Assembly: GCA_002631855.1 (NCBI GenBank)
Contig: NTLF01000014.1
Coordinates: 297,951 to 361,950, forward strand
Reading direction: 5' to 3'
From: Zunongwangia sp. ESRF-bin46
GTDB lineage: Bacteria; Bacteroidota; Bacteroidia; Flavobacteriales; Flavobacteriaceae
DNA length: 64,000 bases
In this document: positions 47,657 through 58,049 of the stretch, piece by piece
How the letters are laid out: each line of letters starts with the position of its first letter
How positions within the stretch are numbered: the stretch's first letter is position 1
The notes under the pieces: model-generated
Told to the model about the DNA's origin: nothing
The model's input: only the letters and a program-made list of their open reading frames with translations
Database searches by the model: none
Made by a program: the position numbers and the translations under genes

Positions 47657-48763
47657 ATGTTGTCACAAAAAGAATTACTTTATACCCTTGCTTTACAGCG
47701 CACTCCCAACCTGGGAGATACGTCTGCTAAAAAATTATTACGTGCCGTAGGTTCGGCGGAAGCTATTTTTAAAGAGAAAAAGCACAATTTGCTGAAAGTA
47801 GATGGAATTGGCTTCTTTAAGCTGAAAGACCTCAACGAAAACCAACAACTTGGCGAAGCAGAACGAGAACTTCGCTTTATTGAAAAAGAAAATATTCAAT
47901 ACAGTTACTTTCTTGACAATACATACCCAGAACGCCTGAAACATTGTCTGGACGGTCCAATACTATTTTTTCATAGTGGAAATATCGATTTAAAGAACAG
48001 AAAAATAATTAGCGTTGTTGGTACCCGAAAAGTTACTACTTACGGAACTGTTTTCTGTCAAAATTTAATTGAAGAATTAGCACCACTTAATCCCGTTATC
48101 GTTTCCGGATTTGCCTACGGAGTTGATATTACTGCCCACAAAGCTGCTATGGACAATGGCCTACAGACAATAGCTTGTTTAGCGCACGGACTAAATCAAG
48201 TCTACCCAAAAGCACATAAGAAATATGTTGCGAAAGTTGAAGAAAATGGTGGCTTTATCACGGAATTTTGGAGTGATGATCCTTTTGACCGAAACAATTT
48301 TTTAAAACGTAATCGAATCATTGCTGGATTATCTGAAGCGACCATCGTGATAGAATCTGCTGAAAAAGGTGGAAGTCTCGTTACCGCAGATATCGCAAAT
48401 TCTTATAACCGGGAGGTTTTTGCTGTGCCTGGCCGAAGTACTGATAAACAAAGTCAAGGTTGCAACAACTTAATAAAAACTCAACAAGCTCATTTACTTA
48501 ATAATGCGGCAGACCTCATTTACCAATTAGGCTGGGAATTACAAGAGAAAGACAAAAAAACACAACAAACCCAGCTTTTTGTCGAATTGACCGAGGAAGA
48601 AAAGAAAGTCTATCGTTATTTAAAGGAAAAAGACAAAGAGTTACTGGATATTATCGCCATAGAATGTCAAATCCCTACCTTTAAAGTAGCTACTATCTTA
48701 TTAAATATGGAATTAAAAGGTGTTGTTCGTCCGTTGCCCGGAAAATTGTTTCAGGTGGTTTAA
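47657..48763 (+). CDS. dprA: DNA-processing protein DprA
   Basis: YPERL, VVGTRK, IVSGFAYGVD, FLKRNRIIAGLS, ESAEKGGS, FAVPG. Confidence 0.95.
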   Translation: MLSQKELLYTLALQRTPNLGDTSAKKLLRAVGSAEAIFKEKKHNLLKVDGIGFFKLKDLNENQQLGEAERELRFIEKENIQYSYFLDNTYPERLKHCLDGPILFFHSGNIDLKNRKIISVVGTRKVTTYGTVFCQNLIEELAPLNPVIVSGFAYGVDITAHKAAMDNGLQTIACLAHGLNQVYPKAHKKYVAKVEENGGFITEFWSDDPFDRNNFLKRNRIIAGLSEATIVIESAEKGGSLVTADIANSYNREVFAVPGRSTDKQSQGCNNLIKTQQAHLLNNAADLIYQLGWELQEKDKKTQQTQLFVELTEEEKKVYRYLKEKDKELLDIIAIECQIPTFKVATILLNMELKGVVRPLPGKLFQVV

Positions 48764-49728
48764 TAGCCTACTTTCTCACGAACGCGCTTCAATACTTCAT
48801 CAGCTACTTTTCCTGCTTTTTCTGCTCCTACTTTTAAAGCTTCATCAATTTCATCTAAATTATTGATGTAGTGATTATACTTAGTGCGTTCTTCAGAAAA
48901 GGTTTCGGTTATTAATTCAAAAAGGGCTTGTTTGGCATGACCGTAGCCGTAGCCACCGTTTTCATAGTTGCCGCGCATTTCAGATACTTGCTCAGGTGAG
49001 CCTAATAATTTATAAAGTGCAAACACATTACACGTATCTGGATTTTTCGGTTCTTCTAAAGGTGTACTGTCAGTATCAATACTCATTATTTGCTTCCGAA
49101 GTTTTTTATCAGGCAAAAAAATGTTAATGAAATTATTGTTTGATTTACTCATCTTAGATCCATCTGTCCCGGGGATAAGCTTAGTATTTTCCTGAATTTT
49201 TCCTTCAGGCAGCACAAAGGTCTCACCCATTTTTGCGTGGAAACGGGAAGCAACATCGCGCGTCATTTCAATATGTTGTAATTGGTCTTTTCCAACAGGG
49301 ACAATTTCGGCATCGTATAATAAAATATCGGCTGCCATCAGCATAGGATACGTAAATAAACCAGCATTTACATCTTCTAAACGGTCAGCTTTATCTTTAA
49401 AGGAATGTGCCAAGGTTAAGCGTTGATATGGAAAAAAGCAGCTTAAATACCAAGTGAGTTCTGCGGTTTGCGGCACATCACTTTGTCTATAAAACACTAC
49501 TCTATCTATGTCTAATCCAAAAGCTAACCAAGTTGCAGCAACACTATATGTATTGTTTCGTAACGTTTCAGCATCTTTTATTTGCGTTAATGAATGCATA
49601 TCGGCAATAAACAAAAACGATTCATTTTTAGGGTCGTTTGCCATGTCAATAGCTGGCTTTATCGCTCCTAAAATGTTTCCTAAATGTGGTGTTCCTGTGC
49701 TTTGTATTCCTGTTAGTATTCTTGACAT
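48760..49728 (-). CDS. trpS: Tryptophan--tRNA ligase
   Basis: TGIQSTGTPHLGN, YPMLMAADIL, VPVGKDQ, KMSKS. Confidence 0.97.
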   Translation of the reverse strand: MSRILTGIQSTGTPHLGNILGAIKPAIDMANDPKNESFLFIADMHSLTQIKDAETLRNNTYSVAATWLAFGLDIDRVVFYRQSDVPQTAELTWYLSCFFPYQRLTLAHSFKDKADRLEDVNAGLFTYPMLMAADILLYDAEIVPVGKDQLQHIEMTRDVASRFHAKMGETFVLPEGKIQENTKLIPGTDGSKMSKSNNNFINIFLPDKKLRKQIMSIDTDSTPLEEPKNPDTCNVFALYKLLGSPEQVSEMRGNYENGGYGYGHAKQALFELITETFSEERTKYNHYINNLDEIDEALKVGAEKAGKVADEVLKRVREKVGY

Positions 49729-49758
49729 TGTAAAATTGAATATTTCAGCAAAAGTACT

Positions 49759-51276
49759 TTAATTTGATGATAATTTCGAAATTAAAAATGACCTTTCTTT
49801 TATTGAAAAATATGAAAAGTAGTATAGTCCTCCTATTTTAAATAAGGATGGTTTTACCAATCGTATTCTATTTTCTTGTAAACTTTCTTCGTGCTTTCTT
49901 GACCTTTCAAATACTGATTGAATAGGCTTTTTACCCGATACTTCAAAGTTTTCTTTGCTTATAGTAATAGTGGTAAAATCTTCTTCTAGTTCTTTTTCAT
50001 TTAAGTATATTGAATTGGTTGTACCGTAATTTGGCGGATTTGCTTGAACAGCATCATTTATTGTTAACCCAACTAAAACACTTATTGTTACAATTGCAAA
50101 AACCGGAGAACCTGTATAAATTGGCACGTAATTATCATGTGTATCACTCATTCTATGTCCCGATTCAGGAATAGTTATCGCCCCTACTTTTATGGTGTAA
50201 TTTGATTGGTCTTCATATGCCACAATCCCTGCGTCTCCCCTGTAAAGTCTTCTTAAAAATTTTTTGTTTTTAGATAAGTCATCCGGCTCTTTAATGCCGT
50301 ATTCAGGTATTTTTAAATTTTGAGGAGTGTTAAAACTACCTTTTGAATTTTCATCTAAATCATATGATCCCAATATTTTATTTAATTTAAAATCAACTAC
50401 CTGAACTTTTACCTCCTTCTTTGTTTGAACCAATTGAAATAGTAAATCATTTTTAATGTATGAATGTGATTTAATTTCTTTTTTTGAACGTCTTTGTTTG
50501 GCAATTTTTGGAAAATCTACTGTGTACGAGCTTATTTTTCTGGTGTTTAAGTCTAAAGCAATAATGTCTGTAATATGATCTGCGCCATCTTCGTCTGTAT
50601 AATAATCAACCGTTATTATGATTTTATTTTCTGAAACGTATATTTTTTTTGGATTAAGAGACAAGGTTAAAGAACCTTCTTCATTCATTTTAAGAATGTT
50701 TATAATAGAATTTTTACTGAATAATTTTTGCGAAAGATACTTTTCTGTCAACACATCATTTTCAGAAATAAATTCAATTTTTTCAAAACCTTTTTTTTCA
50801 GAAAAAACATACACTGAAATGGAAGAATCCTCTGTTATTGAAACGGTATAAAATTTATTATTGATCCCGTAATAACCAATGAGCGTTTCTTTTTTATCAA
50901 ATACATTTTCTATTATGGTTTCTTGAACTTCTGAAGTTGAAAAATCAACATCCATAAAACCTATATTGTCTTTTCTGGCAAAGTATAAACGCAACTTATC
51001 TTGTAGATGAATTGCGTCTAAGAAAGAACCTACTTTATTAGGAATATTTGCTTCAACTGTTTTTAAAACCGTTCCATTTTCATTTATTTGATGAGCTTCT
51101 ATATCGTTTTTATCAACTTTTAAGAAAGAAAAGCCTCCTGTTTTTTCATTAGCCAACGGAACAATGGCTGTTTTACTAGAGAATATTAACGTTCCGTCAA
51201 TAGGAACTTTAATGTTTTCGGTCTGTGAGTATGTAATTTTAGAGACAAAAAAAAAGAGTAGTACTAGATAGCGCAT
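49759..51276 (-). CDS. Hypothetical exported protein (505 aa), visibly AT-rich
   Basis: Long ORF with signal peptide and own -7 box TACATTTG; no recognisable catalytic motif. Confidence 0.75.
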   Translation of the reverse strand: MRYLVLLFFFVSKITYSQTENIKVPIDGTLIFSSKTAIVPLANEKTGGFSFLKVDKNDIEAHQINENGTVLKTVEANIPNKVGSFLDAIHLQDKLRLYFARKDNIGFMDVDFSTSEVQETIIENVFDKKETLIGYYGINNKFYTVSITEDSSISVYVFSEKKGFEKIEFISENDVLTEKYLSQKLFSKNSIINILKMNEEGSLTLSLNPKKIYVSENKIIITVDYYTDEDGADHITDIIALDLNTRKISSYTVDFPKIAKQRRSKKEIKSHSYIKNDLLFQLVQTKKEVKVQVVDFKLNKILGSYDLDENSKGSFNTPQNLKIPEYGIKEPDDLSKNKKFLRRLYRGDAGIVAYEDQSNYTIKVGAITIPESGHRMSDTHDNYVPIYTGSPVFAIVTISVLVGLTINDAVQANPPNYGTTNSIYLNEKELEEDFTTITISKENFEVSGKKPIQSVFERSRKHEESLQENRIRLVKPSLFKIGGLYYFSYFSIKERSFLISKLSSN

Positions 51277-51351
51277 AAAATAGTTTTGGCAAATGTATAC
51301 AAATGCGATAATATAAAAAATTAGACCATAGATTGCGGTAAAAATGTAATT

Positions 51352-52101
51352 TTGAACTTCGTGAAATTTTTAAAATACATCCTAATAGCTTTGTACCGTA
51401 TCTGGTTTTATATACTAGTTACGGTGCCAATAATTGTTTTGTTTCCTATTTTATTGATAAGCATCTTGCGTGAAAAGTGGTATCCGTTTTTCTTTGCTTT
51501 GGCGCGGTTGTGGGCAACTATCATTTTATTTGGCATGGGATTTATACCTAAGATAAAACGCGAAACCAATTACAAAAAAGGACAAAGCTATATGTTCGTG
51601 GCCAATCACACTTCGATGGCCGATATTATGTTGATGTTGTACGTTACACGAAACCCATTTGTGTTTGTAGGTAAAAAGGAATTAGCGAAAATCCCTGTAT
51701 TTGGTTTTTTCTATAAACGCACCTGTATCTTGGTAGACCGAAACAACCCTAAAAGTCGATTGGAAGTTTTTAGAAGGGCACAGAGTAAACTTAACCAAGG
51801 CTTAAGTGTTTGTATTTTTCCTGAAGGTGGTGTACCAGATGATCTTTCCTTAATTTTAGATACATTTAAAGATGGTGCTTTTAGATTGGCAATAGAACAT
51901 CATATTCCTATAGCTCCGATGACTTTTCATGATAACAAGAAAAGATTTTCCTATTCATTCTTTTCTGCCAGTCCTGGAAAAATGAGAGTAAAAGTTCATG
52001 ATATTCTTCCCACTAAAATTTTAAGTATGGAGGATAAACGCTTATTAAACCATACAACCCATAAAATCATTAAAGACGAGCTTACCCAACCTACTGTATA
52101 A
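51352..52101 (+). CDS. Lysophospholipid acyltransferase (PlsC family)
   Basis: TTG start; NHTSMAD and FPEGG motifs. Confidence 0.9.
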   Translation: MNFVKFLKYILIALYRIWFYILVTVPIIVLFPILLISILREKWYPFFFALARLWATIILFGMGFIPKIKRETNYKKGQSYMFVANHTSMADIMLMLYVTRNPFVFVGKKELAKIPVFGFFYKRTCILVDRNNPKSRLEVFRRAQSKLNQGLSVCIFPEGGVPDDLSLILDTFKDGAFRLAIEHHIPIAPMTFHDNKKRFSYSFFSASPGKMRVKVHDILPTKILSMEDKRLLNHTTHKIIKDELTQPTV

Positions 52102-52136
52102 AAAAAACCGTCCTATGGCGAAGAACGGTTTTCTTT
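52100..52136. terminator. Bidirectional terminator between convergent genes
   Basis: AAAAAAACCGT...ACGGTTTTCTTT. Confidence 0.65.
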
Positions 52137-52210
52137 AATCATGTTTGGAATCACCCAAACCTAACCAACTAAAAAACAGTGTCAATTAAACTTTAAAACT
52201 TGACACTAAC

Positions 52211-53776
52211 CTAAAACTTGAAGCTCAACCCGCTGTATAATCCTATGTAGTAAGGTTTAAACTCTACCGATGAGTCTGAATATGGATTAAGCTGGTACTT
52301 AAACATAGGTTCAATATTAAACTTTAACCTTTTACTTATTTTGTAATCAAGACCAACACCTATATTGGTAGTAAAACTTACCGAGTTAAGATTGTTTGCC
52401 TCCCCCAGTACACTTCTAAAATCACCATCTTCTACAGATATTTCATTATTTCCTAAGAAGAGTGTGCTAAGACCCCCTATCATATTCACCCCAAAGCGAT
52501 TGTTTAAAAGAGCATATTTTAATTCAAATGGGATTTCATAATAGCTGATGTCTTGTATAATCTGTGCGTTGCCGCCTATAGATTTTGGCGTTATTTGACC
52601 AAAACCATCCCCAGGCGTATTCATTTGTAATCCTCCTTTATCAGCCGCAATAACTATAGGGCCGTTGCCGCTGTAGTTTATTGTTTTAAGCCCAAAAGCC
52701 TGTGGGCCAGTACCAATATCCACACCGCTCGTTGCATAACCAAGATTTACATTATTAACACCAGAACGCACACTTAATCTGTCTGTAATATTATATGCCA
52801 ACTGTACTCCATAGCTAATGTTAATATCACCACTTTGCGAATTATCTGCAAACATTGGATCTATAGACGATCCTCCATTTATTGAACTATAATACACAGG
52901 CGCTACATTAGGAGCAACATCCCATCTATTTTGAGGTTTGTTACTTTTGGCAACAGCCTCATCTGCTTTTTTAGCATCTTCAATTTCGTCAAAAATTGAT
53001 TTTTTTTCAGTTTCTTTTACAACCTCATCTTCGTTTTTGACAGTCGCTGTTTCAGTATTGCTTTCTTCGGAAATAACTCTTTCCTTATTAATCAATCCAT
53101 TATTTTTTTCCTTCTGTTGCTCAGTTAGATTTGAACTGCTTTTTTCAGAAGCGATGGCAGTATTGTTTTTATTTTTTGAGTTATCTTTAGAATTTACAGC
53201 ATCGTTTTCCGAAGTTACAGCCACAGCATCGCTTTTAGTAATTGCATTATTTTGCTTAGCAACTTCACCTTTCTTTTCAGAAGAAATTTTATTGGTTTTA
53301 TTTTTTACCTTTTCTTCAGAGGTGTTTTCTACAGCAACTGCTGTTGTATTGGATTTTTGAGAATTGAATTTGTTTTTCTCAGTATTCTTTTTATATGAAT
53401 TTTGATCCTGCTTTAGGTGATTATCAACTTCTTTATCTGTTGATTTTTCATCAGTTTCTGAAGCAACTTGTGTTTTATTATAAATGGTTTCTTCCGTTTT
53501 TGTTTCAGGATTAGTGTTTACGGGCGAGGTAGGTTCTTCAATAACCACTTCATTATTGGTTTCTTCAGTATTAAAAACTGAATTCCCAATGGTAAACAAC
53601 AACGCCAATAAAGCAGCTACACCGCCCAGTTTCCACCAAAGCGGAATTACTTTTCGGTCTTTTTTCTTCTCTTGTAATTCTGCTTGAATATTATCCCAAA
53701 CGTGTGGAGGTGGAGTCGTTTCAAGGTCTTTGAAACGCTCTTTAAAAAGCTCGTCTATGTGCTTTTTGTTTTTCAT
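52211..53776 (-). CDS. Putative dual-membrane-spanning anti-sigma factor (anti-sigma, TM, disordered tether, outer-membrane beta-barrel)
   Basis: IDELFKERF...PPPHVWDNI N-terminus, TM WWKLGGVAALLALLFTIG, K/E/N/S/T-rich linker, barrel ending YIGLYSGLSFKF; directly downstream of ECF sigma. Confidence 0.8.
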   Translation of the reverse strand: MKNKKHIDELFKERFKDLETTPPPHVWDNIQAELQEKKKDRKVIPLWWKLGGVAALLALLFTIGNSVFNTEETNNEVVIEEPTSPVNTNPETKTEETIYNKTQVASETDEKSTDKEVDNHLKQDQNSYKKNTEKNKFNSQKSNTTAVAVENTSEEKVKNKTNKISSEKKGEVAKQNNAITKSDAVAVTSENDAVNSKDNSKNKNNTAIASEKSSSNLTEQQKEKNNGLINKERVISEESNTETATVKNEDEVVKETEKKSIFDEIEDAKKADEAVAKSNKPQNRWDVAPNVAPVYYSSINGGSSIDPMFADNSQSGDINISYGVQLAYNITDRLSVRSGVNNVNLGYATSGVDIGTGPQAFGLKTINYSGNGPIVIAADKGGLQMNTPGDGFGQITPKSIGGNAQIIQDISYYEIPFELKYALLNNRFGVNMIGGLSTLFLGNNEISVEDGDFRSVLGEANNLNSVSFTTNIGVGLDYKISKRLKFNIEPMFKYQLNPYSDSSVEFKPYYIGLYSGLSFKF

Positions 53777-53806
53777 GAGGGGAGTTCTACTTTTATATAC
53801 GTTATT

Positions 53807-54331
53807 TTATGGTTTGTAGTTGTCGATTTTAGTTTTTAATATACCTCTTGCTCTTGCTAGATTAGATTTAGACGTGCCATCGCTGATTCCTAACATTTCG
53901 GCTATTTCTTTATGCGAATAATCGTCCAAAACATATAGGGTAAACACTAACCGATACTGATCTGGAAGCTCTTGAATAATTTTCAATAGAAAATCCAAGG
54001 GAACCGTTTCTGTGTCTACAGTCACATCATCTTCCTGTTCAATTTGTGCTTCATCTTCAATATTGTAAACACGTTGTTTACGATATTTTTGAAGTACAGT
54101 ATTGACAGTTATACGTTTAATCCAACCTTCAAAAGAACCTTTGCCCTTATACTGCTCGATTTTTTTAAAAATGGTAAGAAATGCGTCTTGTAAATTGTCT
54201 TCAGCTTCGGTCCTATTGGGCGAATACCGTAAACAAATGGAAAACAAGATACCGGAATAGCGTTTATACAATGCTCCCTGTGCCTTACTGTCCTGCTTCT
54301 TACATTTTAGTATGAGCTCGTCTAAAGTCAA
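53807..54331 (-). CDS. ECF sigma-70 factor
   Basis: TTG start; AEDNLQDAF, SFEGWIKRI, YSHKEIAEMLGISDGTSKSNLARA. Confidence 0.94.
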   Translation of the reverse strand: MTLDELILKCKKQDSKAQGALYKRYSGILFSICLRYSPNRTEAEDNLQDAFLTIFKKIEQYKGKGSFEGWIKRITVNTVLQKYRKQRVYNIEDEAQIEQEDDVTVDTETVPLDFLLKIIQELPDQYRLVFTLYVLDDYSHKEIAEMLGISDGTSKSNLARARGILKTKIDNYKP

Positions 54332-54410
54332 ATTGCGGTACCGTGGTTATTGATGGTTATTACTTACTTACAGTGCAAACGATACTAATAATCAAGGCCC
54401 TACATACTGT

Positions 54411-54436
54411 AGATACCCTAATTTACAAAAGGTTGC
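54411..54436 (-). promoter_or_regulatory. Possible ECF-type autoregulatory promoter
   Basis: Minus strand GCAACC-TTTTGTAAATTAGGG-TATCT upstream of the sigma gene; AAC -35 core typical of ECF promoters. Confidence 0.35.
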
Positions 54437-54453
54437 GTGCAGAATGTACCTTT

Positions 54454-55461
54454 TTATTCTTTAAGGGTATTTATAGCGTCTTTAATTTTAGTTTCTAATT
54501 CTTCCATAAGCTCTGGATTATCTAAAAGAAGTGTCTTAACTGCATCACGACCTTGCCCTAGTTTAGTTTCGTCGTAACTATACCAAGAACCACTTTTCTT
54601 GATGATTTCAAAATCTACCCCCAAATCGACAACCTCGCCTACTTTAGAGATTCCTTTCCCGTACATAATGTCAAACTCAGCGGTCTTAAAAGGTGGTGCT
54701 ACTTTATTCTTCACCACTTTTACACGGGTTTTATTCCCTTGTACGTCACTGTTTGAGTCTTTAATTTGCGTAGAACGACGAATATCAAGCCTAACAGAGC
54801 AATAGAATTTAAGAGCGTTACCACCGGTTGTTGTTTCTGGGTTGCCGAACATCACTCCAATTTTTTCACGTAGTTGGTTAATAAAGATAACTGTACATTG
54901 AGTCTTGCTAATAGAACCGGTAAGTTTACGCAAGGCTTGTGACATTAACCGAGCGTGAAGTCCCATTTTGCTGTCTCCCATTTCACCTTCAATTTCACTT
55001 TTCGGTGTTAATGCCGCTACAGAATCGACTACAATAATATCGATAGCTCCACTTCTAATCAAGTTATCGGTAACTTCTAAGGCTTGCTCACCATTATCTG
55101 GTTGCGAAATAATCAAATTTTCAATATCAACCCCTAATTTTTCGGCATAATAGCGATCAAAAGCGTGTTCTGCGTCAATAAAAGCGGCGATACCTCCTTT
55201 TTTTTGTGCTTCAGCAATAGCATGTAAAGTTAACGTAGTTTTACCTGAAGATTCTGGACCGTAAATTTCAACTACTCTTCCTCTTGGATATCCTCCTACA
55301 CCTAATGCTACATCAAGTCCTAATGACCCTGTTGGGATTACGTCTACTTCTTGTACTGCGGCATCTCCCATTTTCATAACCGTACCTTTTCCGTAAGTTT
55401 TATCCATTTTATCTAGTGTAAGCTTTAACGCTTTTAATTTTGCTTCTTTTTCTTTGCTCAT
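54454..55461 (-). CDS. recA: Recombinase A
   Basis: [42 protein letters not shown]. Confidence 0.98.
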   Translation of the reverse strand: MSKEKEAKLKALKLTLDKMDKTYGKGTVMKMGDAAVQEVDVIPTGSLGLDVALGVGGYPRGRVVEIYGPESSGKTTLTLHAIAEAQKKGGIAAFIDAEHAFDRYYAEKLGVDIENLIISQPDNGEQALEVTDNLIRSGAIDIIVVDSVAALTPKSEIEGEMGDSKMGLHARLMSQALRKLTGSISKTQCTVIFINQLREKIGVMFGNPETTTGGNALKFYCSVRLDIRRSTQIKDSNSDVQGNKTRVKVVKNKVAPPFKTAEFDIMYGKGISKVGEVVDLGVDFEIIKKSGSWYSYDETKLGQGRDAVKTLLLDNPELMEELETKIKDAINTLKE

Positions 55462-55523
55462 AGTGTGTATTTTAGCTGTAAATAAGTCAGTAGGCTAAGG
55501 TACTATTTCTTTGCTTTTACTAC

Positions 55524-55565
55524 AAAAGGAAAAACCCTGAAACTAGTTTTTTTGTTAACAGGGTT
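55524..55565 (-). terminator. Probable terminator after the T9SS cargo gene
   Basis: AACCCTG...CAGGGTT stem with T-rich tail on the minus strand. Confidence 0.5.
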
Positions 55566-55615
55566 GAAATGAAAGAATTCTGTAATGAATTAAAACTTCG
55601 GAACCTTAAATTGAA

Positions 55616-56779
55616 TCAATATTTAATAAATTTTTGTGTGGTAGAAGCTCCTTTATCATCTTCTACATTGATAAAATACACCCCTGAAGACAAACTAGAA
55701 ACATCTATTGAGGTTTCATTTTCAATTTGAATGTTTTTTGAAGCCACCACTTTTCCTTGAACTGTATAAATAGTCAGCTTTAGTTTTGAACTTTCAAACC
55801 TCGGACTCTTCAAAATCAACTTGTCTTGTACCGGGTTGGGATAGATGGAAAAAGATAGCTCATTAAAATTTTCTGTCGATAAATACTCTATACAATCAAC
55901 CAATTCTATGGAACTGTTAGTAATACTATCATAAATATAAATTACCTCGACAATTTCACATATTTCTACAAAATCAGCATGATAGCGCTCAAATGTAACA
56001 GCATTGCTATTTGCAAAGTTTTGAAGTATCGTGTTGTAGGCTTGCTCAATATCACTCATTTCTTGATTGTCACATTCTCCAGAAGTTAAGCTAAAATCAT
56101 CACAGAGAATGTAAAAATCTCCAAAAAATTCGTCTCCATTAAAAACCACTGTTGAATTTACTTCCCCACAAACAATACTGTTAAAACTCCCATCTGTTTG
56201 AAAAGTGATTTCCGTTTCTTTGGCAATGCTATAAGGAACTGAATAAGATGTTCCTTTATCACTTAAACCGGTTAAATGCCAATGATCCAAGTAATTTTCA
56301 AAAATATACCCATCTGTATCTATACTATGTGGCGTATTATATAACTGTACAATATCTCCATCTGCATTGGTCAAGGTGAGTATTTTATAGTCCCAATAGT
56401 TTTGTTCGTCAACAATTTCATATTCAAAGGTATCGGTAGTCGCATCTTGAAAAAAGCTGATATACAGATCCCTAAATTCATTATTGTCTGTTTCATCACA
56501 AGTTTCCAAAGCCGGTGAAAAGTCAGTGATTTCAAAGGTAGATTGACCTTGATAATTAATATTGAAATTTAAAGATCCTGCGCAGCACATATCAGTTAAA
56601 GAAGAAGTCCCGTCAAACGTAGCCTGTATTTCCATACTTGGGTTTTTAGGCGCTTCAGTGGTAACACTATTTAACGTAATGCTATTTGCATACCAAGTAT
56701 GTTCAGAAAGTTCAGGGTCTTGGCAAAAAACAGTTGTAACGGTCAATAAGCAAATTAAAAAAAGTAATTTTTTCACCAT
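55616..56779 (-). CDS. T9SS type A cargo protein with two META-like repeats
   Basis: Signal peptide; repeats beginning HTWYANSI and DHWHLTGL; CTD FSIYPNPVQD...GVYFINV...QKFIK. Confidence 0.85.
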   Translation of the reverse strand: MVKKLLFLICLLTVTTVFCQDPELSEHTWYANSITLNSVTTEAPKNPSMEIQATFDGTSSLTDMCCAGSLNFNINYQGQSTFEITDFSPALETCDETDNNEFRDLYISFFQDATTDTFEYEIVDEQNYWDYKILTLTNADGDIVQLYNTPHSIDTDGYIFENYLDHWHLTGLSDKGTSYSVPYSIAKETEITFQTDGSFNSIVCGEVNSTVVFNGDEFFGDFYILCDDFSLTSGECDNQEMSDIEQAYNTILQNFANSNAVTFERYHADFVEICEIVEVIYIYDSITNSSIELVDCIEYLSTENFNELSFSIYPNPVQDKLILKSPRFESSKLKLTIYTVQGKVVASKNIQIENETSIDVSSLSSGVYFINVEDDKGASTTQKFIKY

Positions 56780-56929
56780 AAAAAATGTTGTTCAGTTAGT
56801 AAATAAGGGAAGTCTCTACTAAAATACAAAAAATCACGAACATCATTCTTTTATTGTCAAAAACAAAGGGTTTGTTTATTTTTGCCGTATTATTTTTTAA
56901 TCATTCTTTTCACTCAAAAAAAGTATAGC

Positions 56930-57961
56930 ATGCAACTGTACAACACCTTAAGTGCAAAAGAGCGGGCCGATTTATTGGAAAAAGCAGGTGAAGACCGCTT
57001 GACCCTCTCTTTTTATCAATATGCCAAGATTGGCAATCCAGAACTTTTCAGAAATCATTTGTTTATCGCTTGGGACGAATTAGATGTTCTAGGCCGTATT
57101 TATGTGGCTCACGAAGGCATTAATGCCCAACTTTCAGTACCTGCCAAGAACTTCGGAAATTTTAAAGAATTTATCGACGATATCTATTTCTTGAATGGCG
57201 TTCGATTGAATATCGCTATTGAGCACGATTTGAAATCTTTCTTAAAACTGAAAGTAAAAGTGCGACCAAAAATCGTGGCAGATGGCTTAAACGATGAAAC
57301 ATTTGACGTAACCAACAAAGGCGTTCACGTAGATGCTGAAAACTTCAACAAGCTTATCGATGACCCCAACACGGTTTTAGTTGATATGCGGAATCATTAT
57401 GAGAGTGAAATTGGTCACTTTCAAGGAGCCGTAACACCCGATGTGGATACGTTTCGCGATTCGCTGGATATTATTGAAGCCGATTTAAAAGACCACAAAG
57501 AAGATAAAAAACTAGTAATGTATTGCACCGGCGGAATCCGTTGCGAAAAAGCCAGTGCTTATTACAAACACAAAGGGTTTAAAAATGTATATCAACTAGA
57601 AGGCGGCATCATTGAGTACGCTCGTCAAGTGGAAAACAAAGGATTGGACAATAAATTTATTGGTAAAAACTTTGTGTTCGATCACCGTCGAGGGGAACGA
57701 ATTACCGAAGACGTAATCGCCAATTGCCATCAGTGTGGCAAACCTTGCGACACCCATGTAAACTGTGCTAACGAAGCTTGTCACTTACTATTTATCCAAT
57801 GCGAAGAGTGTTCCGAAGCTATGGAAACCTGTTGTAGTACTGAGTGTAAAGAGATTATTCAACTTCCGTATGAGGAACAAAAAAGACTTCGAAAAGGCAT
57901 CCCTAACAGCAATAAAATCTTTAAAAAAGGGCGTTCAGAAAAACTAAAGTTTAAGAAGTAG
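56930..57961 (+). CDS. trhO: tRNA uridine(34) hydroxylase TrhO (YceA rhodanese family)
   Basis: GRIYVAHEGINAQ, DMRNHYESEIGHF, MYCTGGIRCEKAS, FVFDHR, Cys-rich tail; track TTG 56882 is in the -7 box. Confidence 0.9.
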   Translation: MQLYNTLSAKERADLLEKAGEDRLTLSFYQYAKIGNPELFRNHLFIAWDELDVLGRIYVAHEGINAQLSVPAKNFGNFKEFIDDIYFLNGVRLNIAIEHDLKSFLKLKVKVRPKIVADGLNDETFDVTNKGVHVDAENFNKLIDDPNTVLVDMRNHYESEIGHFQGAVTPDVDTFRDSLDIIEADLKDHKEDKKLVMYCTGGIRCEKASAYYKHKGFKNVYQLEGGIIEYARQVENKGLDNKFIGKNFVFDHRRGERITEDVIANCHQCGKPCDTHVNCANEACHLLFIQCEECSEAMETCCSTECKEIIQLPYEEQKRLRKGIPNSNKIFKKGRSEKLKFKK

Positions 57962-58049
57962 GTTCTTCAATTATTGGTATCTTTACTTTTCAAGAGAATG
58001 TTTAATCTTCGTCTCGTTTTCTTTTGAAAATGAGCTATATATATACAAT

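Noticed and set aside
52930-53560. Low-complexity A-rich stretch as a tandem repeat or hidden antisense gene (52938-53360)
   Set aside because: Explained by the K/E/N/S/T-rich linker of the anti-sigma protein; no discrete repeat unit
55462-55615. SOS box upstream of recA
   Set aside because: No GGA-N5-TCC present; the nearest (GGAAAAACCCT) is part of the terminator stem
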